Source of the DNA: Candidatus Sumerlaeia bacterium | GTDB taxonomy: Bacteria > Sumerlaeota > Sumerlaeia > SLMS01 | Direction: 5' to 3' | NCBI GenBank assembly: GCA_020831705.1 | Contig: JAFIGB010000312.1 | Span: 1 to 54,000 of the forward strand | DNA length: 54,000 nt | Part shown: piece by piece, positions 8,510-15,773 of the stretch | Position numbering within the stretch: the first letter of the stretch is position 1 | How the letters are laid out: every line of letters begins with the position of its first letter | The notes under the pieces: generated by a model | Seen by the model: only the letters and a program-made list of their open reading frames with translations | What the model was told of the DNA's origin: nothing | Databases searched by the model: none | Position numbers and translations under genes: made by a program

Positions 8510-9955
8510 CTATACAGGCCGGTTCCCCGTGTCCTCCCGGGATCCCGGGACCCCCTCGACACGGACGCCATGGTCGGCCGTCCGCATTCCTCCCCAGGGA
8601 ACGGGGGGAAGCTGGAGCCGCTCGCGGACCTCGTTGATCGTCAGCACACCAAACTGAAGGTGATACTGGTAGAAGTTCGCATCGTCGTATTTGAGGGGAA
8701 GCTCGCCCGGCTGGGGTGCGGGGCGACCATATCGTGTATAGAAGTAGGATTGAGGCAGGGAAACACCCAGCCCGAGGAGGGCCTGGTCCACGCGAATCCG
8801 CTGATATAGATCCTCCGGCCCCTCGGTTTCGATGGCAAGACGGGGGCGGGGCGCATCAGCGGGGAGGTTTGCCTCGCAAATCCAGCCAATCAATGTCTCG
8901 TTGATCGTTGTTTCCAGAAGCCGGGCATCGGCATCAATATAGTCCTGGCGAACGAGCTGGTGGATGTTTCCAAGGGCCAGCGACCCGCTTCTTCGCCCCT
9001 CGCCACTGGTGAGCGTCGCCCCGAGGATGATCTTCGACATCTCGTCGTTGCACCAATCGAGGAGATCCCGATAACAGCGCCCATCACCGGAACGATTCGA
9101 CTCCAAGAGTTGAAGACGGATGCTTTCGGGGAGGATCACATGGGATTCCGCGTGGAGGGCATCGAGGATTTCGGTCAGGCGGCGCTGGTCCTCGCCGCTG
9201 ATCCCCGGGGCGCAGGTCGCCACGGTGGTCGGCGATCCATGTTTCTCGTTATAGACACCCCACGACTTGAGGGCATTTTTCTTGAACCAATACATCCAGT
9301 AGGCGTGTTGGGCGAGGCCGCGTCCGTAGGGATTGCGAAAATCCGCCCCGAATGTCAGCGCGATGAACTTCCTCGGAGGCGCCGGGAAATGCTGACGCGC
9401 GGGAATGGGATGACGGCCCGGGCCTTCTGTCCCATCCACCTCACGCGCCCTTGAGCTGGAACGGAATGGCGGCGAAAGCAGGTTCAACCCACCAGCCTGG
9501 TCGAGGAGGAACCACTCCTGCGGATGGGCGATCCAGTTGACGGGAACAAGGTGCCCCGCGCTGTTGTAATCCCAGACGAGTTCCACCACGGAAAAGCCCT
9601 TGGAAATTGCCTCCAACAGGGCACGCAGAAGCCCCTCAAAACGGGGAATGGAATGCAGGGCATCCTCGACAAATTGCGCGGCATGGCGTGCCGTTTCATC
9701 CCCCGACCGGGCAGGAAGCACCTGGCGGGGAAGTCCCAGCAGCCCATTGAGACGTGTCTGAAGGAGGGAAAAAAGATGCCCGTCCTTTTCCTCCATTTCG
9801 GCATACAACTCATAAACGGAGCGATGGACCCGCCCCGAAGAGGATTCAGCCTGCAGCAACGCCACGGGCGATCGATCATCACGAAGCCCCTGGCCCGCCC
9901 ACCATTGCTCGGCGGGGTTGACCAGCGGCTGGACTTTTGCAGATGGGCTTGGCAC
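8510..9955 (-). CDS. Phage portal protein, DUF935 (Mu gp29-like)
   Basis: 481-aa ORF with a GTG start at 9955 and a GGGAGGA SD 5 nt upstream. Size, position and sequence character match DUF935 portals (family assignment by recognition, not search). Confidence 0.7.
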   Translation of the reverse strand: MPSPSAKVQPLVNPAEQWWAGQGLRDDRSPVALLQAESSSGRVHRSVYELYAEMEEKDGHLFSLLQTRLNGLLGLPRQVLPARSGDETARHAAQFVEDALHSIPRFEGLLRALLEAISKGFSVVELVWDYNSAGHLVPVNWIAHPQEWFLLDQAGGLNLLSPPFRSSSRAREVDGTEGPGRHPIPARQHFPAPPRKFIALTFGADFRNPYGRGLAQHAYWMYWFKKNALKSWGVYNEKHGSPTTVATCAPGISGEDQRRLTEILDALHAESHVILPESIRLQLLESNRSGDGRCYRDLLDWCNDEMSKIILGATLTSGEGRRSGSLALGNIHQLVRQDYIDADARLLETTINETLIGWICEANLPADAPRPRLAIETEGPEDLYQRIRVDQALLGLGVSLPQSYFYTRYGRPAPQPGELPLKYDDANFYQYHLQFGVLTINEVRERLQLPPVPWGGMRTADHGVRVEGVPGSREDTGNRPV

Positions 9956-10070
9956 CAGATTCCTCCCGGCATGGAAATCTCACCGCGCCTTCAACGCGGT
10001 ACGGTGCCAACATCGCCAACTGGGTATCCGCCTTCCGGACTCCACGGACTCGGCGGACAAATTCGCCCAC

Positions 10071-10101
10071 AAAGAAAACCCGGAGGTGAAGTTCCTCCGG
10101 G
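10071..10101 (-). terminator. Rho-independent terminator downstream of plsX
   Basis: 8-bp stem CCCGGAGG (10079-10086) / CCTCCGGG (10094-10101) with a 7-nt loop, followed on the minus strand by TTTTCTTTG. It separates plsX from the phage module. Confidence 0.6.
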
Positions 10102-10134
10102 CCCAGTCCTGCATCCGTTCTGCTGTCTATCTAT

Positions 10135-11202
10135 CTAGCTGGCAGCGGCGTTCTTCTCCGCTGGTGTTTCCTCCACGAGTCCCTTGGTGATCATCTCGCC
10201 GGTGTACTTCTCCAGGTCCGCCTCCACCTGCTTGACCAACTGGCGATTCACACTTTCAGCAGCAACACGGATCGCGTTCATGATCGCCTTCTGATTGGAG
10301 GATCCATGGCAAATAATAGCCACACCGTTCACACCAAGAAGGGGTGCGCCGCCGTACTCGTCATAATCCGTGCGCCGCTTCAGGCCCTTGATGGCCGGGA
10401 GCATCAGCGCACCGCCCACCATGGTGGGAATCGACCGCCGGGCTTCCTTCTTCAAAAGCTCGGTAATCGTCTTCGCCAATCCCTCGGAGGTCTTCAGCAC
10501 GATATTGCCCACAAAACCATCACAGACAATCACATCAAATTCACCGGTGAAAATATCACGTCCCTCGGCATTTCCCACAAAGTTGATTCCCAGCGAGCGG
10601 AGCAACTTGTTGGTCTCCAGCGTGACCTCGTTTCCCTTGCTGTCCTCCTCGCCAATGGAAAGGAGCCCAATACGCGGATTGGCGCGGCCAAGCACCTCAC
10701 GGGCGTAGGTCGCCCCCATAATGGCAAAATTCACCAACTGGCGGGGCTTGCAATCCACCACCGCCCCCGAATCCACCACAACCACGTGATCAGCCATGGT
10801 GGGAAGCAGGGCGGCAATCGCCGGCTTCTTGATCCCGGGAATGTTGCGCCAACTCATCATCGCATGGGCCAGAAAGGCTCCCGTGTTCGCCGGAGACACC
10901 ACCGCATCCCCCTCGCCCCGCTTCACCAGGTCCACCGCAATGGCCAGCGAGGAATTCTTCTTCCGCAGCGAATCGCGTGGATTATCCGTCATCACCACCT
11001 TCTCCGCCGCATGAACCACCTTGATCCGTGGATCTCGAATGTTCAATCGCGACAGGAACCGGCGGATATTGCGTTCGTTGCCGACAATAATCACTTCCAG
11101 ATTGAACTTCTGCGCCGCCAGCACGGCCCCCTCAATACAGGGACGCGGCCCATGGTCCCCCCCCATGGCCTCCAAAACAATTCGCAATGGTCGATTGATC
11201 AT
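10135..11202 (-). CDS. plsX: Phosphate acyltransferase PlsX
   Basis: Full-length 355 aa. LRIVLEAMGGDHGP, DAVVSPANTGA and FVGNIVLKTSEG motifs are characteristic of PlsX. Confidence 0.95.
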   Translation of the reverse strand: MINRPLRIVLEAMGGDHGPRPCIEGAVLAAQKFNLEVIIVGNERNIRRFLSRLNIRDPRIKVVHAAEKVVMTDNPRDSLRKKNSSLAIAVDLVKRGEGDAVVSPANTGAFLAHAMMSWRNIPGIKKPAIAALLPTMADHVVVVDSGAVVDCKPRQLVNFAIMGATYAREVLGRANPRIGLLSIGEEDSKGNEVTLETNKLLRSLGINFVGNAEGRDIFTGEFDVIVCDGFVGNIVLKTSEGLAKTITELLKKEARRSIPTMVGGALMLPAIKGLKRRTDYDEYGGAPLLGVNGVAIICHGSSNQKAIMNAIRVAAESVNRQLVKQVEADLEKYTGEMITKGLVEETPAEKNAAAS

Positions 11203-11296
11203 CTCTAATTCGGCACCAGATCATGGATTCGTCCAAGGGAATGCCCAAAAACCAAACACCCCCGCCGGCAATCTGGTGGAAACGCAAAGGGATGAC

Positions 11297-11321
11297 AAGG
11301 ATGAAGGATGAGGGATGAAGG
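11297..11321. repeat. Purine-rich box (AAGGATGAAGGATGAGGGATGAAGG), left copy
   Basis: 19 nt (11303-11321) are perfectly complementary to 11786-11804. The first 15 nt (11297-11311) recur exactly at 42558-42572. Confidence 0.8.
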
Positions 11322-11353
11322 GTGAATGAAGTTTTTTTAAGGATGGAAGCGGG

Positions 11354-11476
11354 GGGCAGATTCATCCTTGGTGGCTTGGATTGAGTGAACAAGGAGGCCT
11401 TTAGAGCATTGGAAGGTTGGCGGTCGTAATCCTGAAACGAGGTGTCTCCTGACGCCAGATCTGGGAGGCGACAAGG
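11354..11476. repeat. 123-bp direct repeat, copy 1
   Basis: Aligns to 11562-11684 with 5 mismatches by eye, and the last ~78 nt are identical. Contains the palindrome CCAGATCTGG. The two copies fall in different reading frames of the overlapping minus-strand ORFs, so they are non-coding. Confidence 0.85.
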
Positions 11477-11484
11477 GTGGCAAA

Positions 11485-11530
11485 CCGTTACCAATGTCCT
11501 GAACCTGAAACGTTACCTATGTCTTGAACC
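11485..11530. repeat. Short tandem repeat (CGTTACC-WATGTCYTGAACC, two units, period about 26)
   Basis: ccgttaccaatgtcctgaacc (11485-11505) and cgttacctatgtcttgaacc (11511-11530), in the spacer between the two 123-bp copies. Confidence 0.6.
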
Positions 11531-11561
11531 CGCACCAAGGATGGGAAGTCAAAGCGAGAGA

Positions 11562-11684
11562 GGGCAGATTCATCCTTGATGCTTTGGATTAAGTGAACAA
11601 GGAGGTCTTTAGAGCATTGGAAGGTTGGCGGTCGTAATCCTGAAACGAGGTGTCTCCTGACGCCAGATCTGGGAGGCGACAAGG
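11562..11684. repeat. 123-bp direct repeat, copy 2
   Basis: See copy 1. Both copies are preceded by a related AAGGATGG(G)AAG leader. Confidence 0.85.
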
Positions 11685-11803
11685 ATGAGGGATGAAGTTC
11701 AAATGATGAATAAAGCTACATCAAGTTTAGAAATAAGTCTGCTTTAATGTAATTTTTTTATATTCAAAATCTATTCATCCTTCCTCCTTCATCCCTCATC
11801 CTT
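11681..11803. repeat. Perfect 17-bp inverted repeat enclosing an 89-nt AT-rich loop
   Basis: AAGGATGAGGGATGAAG (11681-11697) pairs with CTTCATCCCTCATCCTT (11787-11803). The loop 11698-11786 is the most AT-rich stretch in this part of the window. The structure starts about 10 nt after the stop of the 403-aa gene. Confidence 0.8.
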
Positions 11804-11813
11804 CACCCTTGCG

Positions 11814-13025
11814 TCACTCCTCCCCTCCAGCGTGGTGGGAGAGGTATTTGTCGATCGCCGCGCGCTGGCGGTCCGGGTAATCTTCGTAATCCATGTCCAC
11901 CAGTGCCTGGGCGAAGCCTCCCGGGTAGAATTCGTTGAGGAGTGAGGGCATTTCCATGAATCGGTACTGGTTGCCCGAATCATGGGCGTGGGTGGACGGC
12001 TGACCGGGCGTGGAGACGGAGGTGGAGTCGGGGAAGATATTGCGGAAGTTGAAAAAGGCGGATGGAACTTCCTCCTCGTCGAGAAAGCCCATCTCCTTGA
12101 TAGTCACGCGAAACTTTGATTCGTAGGGGCAGGTTCCTTCCGTGTTTCCACCGGTGCAGGTCCAGAATGTATAGACACGGGGCAATCGCAGGCCATTGAT
12201 TTCCGTGTACTCCTCGACCGTCATGCTTCGCTTCAGCCGACCCGGGTCGGAGGTGCTGTACCACTCGATGCTCCGTAGGGCGCCGTCGGTGTGGATTTCA
12301 AATCGTGGTTGCTCCTTGACGAAACCCGGTTCGCGCTCGGGAATGGTAACATTGATTTGAAAACTTTCGGGATCCACCCTTTGGATGGAGTGGCGATGGA
12401 GACCAAGGGCGTGTTGGAGGATTTCATCGGGGTTGGTGGCGGCGAGCCACTTTTCCTGGGCCTCACGCTGGTCGTCCACATGGGTGAGTTGCAACCTGGG
12501 GTTAAGAATCTCATGAAGATCGTATCCCACGGGACGTGGCACCGTCATGGCCTTCATTGAAAATCGTGAAATGGCAAAGATCGGTCGATCAGAATAGGCG
12601 ATGGGCCAAGGAGCGCTGTGGTTCGTGCCAACCCCGCCTTCATTCATGTCCCACCAGTAGGAATGTTCAACACCATCACGGGCGGCCATATAGCGGCGTG
12701 CTCGCTGGGTGTCGGGTTTTTCGGGATCACGCCGGGCCAGAATTTCAATGGCCAGGTTGTCGCCTTGGATGAGTTCGACAACCAGTTCCCGGGTGTTTCC
12801 CGATAAATCCGCACCGTCTTCCACGCGCAGGAGGTTTTCCCGCTCATAGATAAAGTAGGCGCCATTGTTGAGCATTTCAGCTCGTGTTTGCAGCCCTGCC
12901 AGGGCGTGGTCGAGGGCGTGGTCGTCAAGTCCGTCAATGGCCGTGGCAGCCATTGGAAAAAACCCCATGGAGAGGACAAGGGAGATCCGAAAAAATCGGC
13001 CCCCTGCCGGAGCGATCATGTTCAT
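11814..13025 (-). CDS. Secreted hypothetical protein (403 aa)
   Basis: I prefer ATG 13025 (MNMIAPAGGRFFRISLVLSMGFFPMAATA, signal-peptide-like) over the ORF-track start at 13094. No family recognised. Confidence 0.6.
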   Translation of the reverse strand: MNMIAPAGGRFFRISLVLSMGFFPMAATAIDGLDDHALDHALAGLQTRAEMLNNGAYFIYERENLLRVEDGADLSGNTRELVVELIQGDNLAIEILARRDPEKPDTQRARRYMAARDGVEHSYWWDMNEGGVGTNHSAPWPIAYSDRPIFAISRFSMKAMTVPRPVGYDLHEILNPRLQLTHVDDQREAQEKWLAATNPDEILQHALGLHRHSIQRVDPESFQINVTIPEREPGFVKEQPRFEIHTDGALRSIEWYSTSDPGRLKRSMTVEEYTEINGLRLPRVYTFWTCTGGNTEGTCPYESKFRVTIKEMGFLDEEEVPSAFFNFRNIFPDSTSVSTPGQPSTHAHDSGNQYRFMEMPSLLNEFYPGGFAQALVDMDYEDYPDRQRAAIDKYLSHHAGGEE

Positions 13026-13119
13026 GGTACGGTATCCACCTTTGTCTGCATCGTATCGTGGAAAATGTTCCCGGAGACAGAGGGGCGATCGCACCTGAAC
13101 CGCCCATGCCCCGGCGTGT

Positions 13120-13563
13120 TCAGCAGTTGTCGTTGCAACCGGTTGCCCTGAAGTTCAATTGCGGCGCATGGCATGACGTCTGGCTGGGGCCACCACCGTG
13201 GTACTGACAAAGCTTTTGCCCTGTGTAGGGATTCATGTAACACTCGCCAATAATTCTGTTTCCACAACTGGACGCACCGGACAAATCGCAGGTTTTTCCG
13301 GGAGAATCGGACTTTGCGCAGCCGTAGCCATTTCCCGGATTCTCGCACTTCCAGCACGAGTAACCTTCCGAGCCACCCCAAGTCGCCTGACAGGAGGAGT
13401 CCCCCGAAGAAGGACAGGCATCTGGAATCTGCACGCAACAAAGGCCTGGCTCCACAGGTCCTGCAGCCTTGGTTTCATGAAAAACAAAAATGAGGGCACA
13501 CGCAATCAAAATTGCAGGGGCCACCCATTTTAGCAACGACTTCTCATTGATCCTCTTGCTCAT
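13120..13563 (-). CDS. Small membrane-anchored/secreted cysteine-rich protein (147 aa, 14 Cys in the last ~105 aa)
   Basis: ATG 13563 with a GAGGAA SD. N-terminal hydrophobic helix WVAPAILIACALIFVF, then GLCCVQIPDACPSSGDSSCQ...YSCWKCENPGNGYGC...GKTCD...SSCGN..GECY...KLCQY..TSCH..TGCNDNC. It lies 33 nt downstream of the TPR gene. Confidence 0.6.
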   Translation of the reverse strand: MSKRINEKSLLKWVAPAILIACALIFVFHETKAAGPVEPGLCCVQIPDACPSSGDSSCQATWGGSEGYSCWKCENPGNGYGCAKSDSPGKTCDLSGASSCGNRIIGECYMNPYTGQKLCQYHGGGPSQTSCHAPQLNFRATGCNDNC

Positions 13564-13596
13564 TTCGTTCCTCGATTTGGTAGCGATGATTCCGAT

Positions 13597-15504
13597 TTAC
13601 CAGCGGTAGTTTTCCGTATTGAAGAAGTGCTTCGGGTAGAGGCGGACGGCAAGGTCACGGAGCCGGGCGGCCTCCTCGGTGTTTCCAGCAACGCGATTGG
13701 ACTCCGAAAGGTTGTAGAGCGCATGCATGCGGTAATTGATCGTCGGGTAGTAGTCCGAGTCGGGCGGGAAGGTATCGAGGAGCCAGCGGTAATGGGCCGC
13801 ACGCTCGTCGTTCCGGTCCATCCTGGAAAGTGCCCAGCATGTATAGACCGTGGCCGTCCCAAGTTGCTTCCAGTTTTCCGGGTATTGTGTTTTCAATTCC
13901 TCGAACTGGTCGAGGACCTTCCCGTAATCACCGTCCCAATAAAAGGACTCCAGTTTCATCAGGTGGGCGGTCGCCCGTGTTTCGGCCGGAAAGTCCTCCT
14001 CGGACATGATTTCCTCCAGCAGGCTCCTCACGTTCGCCCATGCATCCGCGGAATCGAGGTTGGTGGCCTGCTCAAAAAGCAGCCCCGCCTGCTCCAGAAG
14101 GATCCGGTGCTTGTCACTCACCTCCGCAGGCGTCAGGCCGAGAAGGCGGGTGTTGAGATCGAGGACTTTTTCCAGCAGTTCCTGGTTCTCATCGCTCCGT
14201 GTCGGGTTGTCCCGTGAATGCGTTGCCCGGGCGTATAGATCGCCGTGGTGAATCTGCTTGAGACGAAAGAGCGCCTCACGATTGAAGGGGTGGGACGGGG
14301 AAAGATCCGCATTCGCCACCAGTGCCTCCTCGAAGGCATGAGCGGCGGCGGCCCGATCCTCGGCCATCAGGTGTATATACCCGATACGAAGACGGGCATC
14401 ACGCCCAACCCGCGTTGGCGGTGTGTGGGACTTGACATCCTCAAGAATCGCCAGGGCCTTCCCAATATTTCCATTGTTGCCTTCGCGAATGGCGGCACGG
14501 ACGTTGTTGTGGTGGGCCAGTTCGGTTTCCACCTCGGAACGCCGCAGGGCGGCACCTTCCCCTTCCGGCTGGAGCAATTCCTCCACCAGTGCCGCGGCTT
14601 CCGCCCCCCAGCGACCATACACCGGATCGCCCGCAAAACAGGAGAGAACCAGCGCCCGCGTGCCGGCATCAACCTCCTCAAGGTGGGAAAGTCCACGCAC
14701 GGTATACCACGCCACAAGGACGGGGTTGACCGTTCGGTTGTCCACACCCTGGGAGTGATGAACCAGCAGCGTCATCATATTGCAAAGGTCACTTTGTGAT
14801 GCCTTTTCGTCGATGATGTCGGCAATCAATCCGGCATACCTCGCCATCGTGCGGGACGCGGCGGCGTTGTCCCAACCATCCTCTACGGCTCCATGGAACA
14901 TGCCGCGGGCGTCGTGATAATTCCCACCAGATCGGATCAGGTGAAGGCCACGGCGATGGGCGTGCTTTCCGGCCTCGTCCAGGTCCCAATGGAAATGCTC
15001 CGCAAAGGCCGCACTCCAGTCTGCATCCTTATAGTCGGACTTGATCCAGTAATGGTTTAGCAGGGCACATCGCGCACGGTCCCTGTTGGATTCCGAAGTG
15101 GGTGCGGCAATGATGTCGAGAAAGATCGCCTCGGCATCGCTGTTTTGATTCAGGGAACCGAGATGGTTTCCGGCTTCGAGAATAATTGCATTCAGGTCTT
15201 CATTGCTCCAATTCCCACCAAGCAGGGGCACAAGAGCACGGGCACTTTCCAAACCCGGTTCGGAGTAAAAGGAGATGAGGGCCTCCAGATGTTGACGCTC
15301 ATTGCTGGACAGGCGCTGGGAGGTAAGATTGTCCTCAAGGAGGTCGGTGGCCTTCACAAGATCACCGGCGCGAAGGTGTTCCAGCCCGCGGCGCAATTCA
15401 AAGCCAACACGCAGGTTTCCATCATCAGCCGGGGAACCGTTGGCCGAGAGGAGGAGGGCACCGACACAAAACAGCCGGCACGCAAGAGAAGCCAATCCAC
15501 TCAT
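13597..15504 (-). CDS. Secreted TPR-like repeat protein
   Basis: ATG 15504 (MSGLASLACRLFCVGALLLSANG, signal-like) with an AAGGAG SD 10 nt upstream. The ORF-track start at 15552 adds 16 aa. Helical-repeat character throughout (A/L/Y/W-rich 34-aa-like units). Confidence 0.6.
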   Translation of the reverse strand: MSGLASLACRLFCVGALLLSANGSPADDGNLRVGFELRRGLEHLRAGDLVKATDLLEDNLTSQRLSSNERQHLEALISFYSEPGLESARALVPLLGGNWSNEDLNAIILEAGNHLGSLNQNSDAEAIFLDIIAAPTSESNRDRARCALLNHYWIKSDYKDADWSAAFAEHFHWDLDEAGKHAHRRGLHLIRSGGNYHDARGMFHGAVEDGWDNAAASRTMARYAGLIADIIDEKASQSDLCNMMTLLVHHSQGVDNRTVNPVLVAWYTVRGLSHLEEVDAGTRALVLSCFAGDPVYGRWGAEAAALVEELLQPEGEGAALRRSEVETELAHHNNVRAAIREGNNGNIGKALAILEDVKSHTPPTRVGRDARLRIGYIHLMAEDRAAAAHAFEEALVANADLSPSHPFNREALFRLKQIHHGDLYARATHSRDNPTRSDENQELLEKVLDLNTRLLGLTPAEVSDKHRILLEQAGLLFEQATNLDSADAWANVRSLLEEIMSEEDFPAETRATAHLMKLESFYWDGDYGKVLDQFEELKTQYPENWKQLGTATVYTCWALSRMDRNDERAAHYRWLLDTFPPDSDYYPTINYRMHALYNLSESNRVAGNTEEAARLRDLAVRLYPKHFFNTENYRW

Positions 15505-15705
15505 CGGAGGGAGTCTCCTTTTGGGACAGAAAATTAGGTCGTCCTGTGACAACGGTTGCAGGGCTAAATATTATGCCCAGCGAGGGTCAACAGAAAAAAA
15601 ACAATGAATCAAAGACCCCGGCGACAGGTCGCCCTTAAACCCACGAAAATCAACTGTTTTCCGGAGGAAAAAAATGCCGAGCATCCGGAACGCACCCAAC
15701 AAAAA

Positions 15706-15742
15706 GGAAAAACCCGCCGACAACCATCTGATCACCGGCGGG
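15706..15742 (-). terminator. Rho-independent terminator after the Amidase_3/FN3 gene
   Basis: Stem CCCGCCG (15713-15719) / CGGCGGG (15736-15742), with an A-run on the plus strand (a T-run on the minus strand) directly adjacent. Confidence 0.5.
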
Positions 15743-15773
15743 CAGGAACTGACGTTCGAAGTGGCGGAAATGG

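Larger units (their letters stand above)
1469..9955 (-). mobile_element. Mu-like phage structural gene module (defective prophage remnant or domesticated particle locus); seven co-directional, tightly packed genes
   Basis: Order is portal - protease/scaffold - DUF2190-like - major capsid - DUF1320 - 322 aa - 1019 aa tail-like, with 4-70 nt gaps or ATGA overlaps. The module is bounded by the plsX terminator on one side and a convergent GspB-like gene on the other. No terminase, transposase, integrase, lysis or tail tube/sheath ORFs in the window. Confidence 0.6.

Noticed and set aside
9990-10010. TTGGCAC...TTGAA on the minus strand upstream of the portal gene, resembling a sigma54 -24/-12 promoter.
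   Set aside because: The GG to GC spacing is one nucleotide short of the strict GG-N10-GC geometry, and the -12 element is not TTGC.
10126-10137. (TCTA)3 microsatellite at the plsX stop codon.
   Set aside because: Only three units. It is probably incidental, although on the minus strand it reads GATAGATAGACAG, a relaxed relative of the over-represented word.
11354-11684. Possibility that the 123-bp repeats are a CRISPR array or protein-coding duplicates.
   Set aside because: There are only two copies, the repeat is far longer than CRISPR repeats, and there are no cas genes. The overlapping ORFs read the two copies in different frames.
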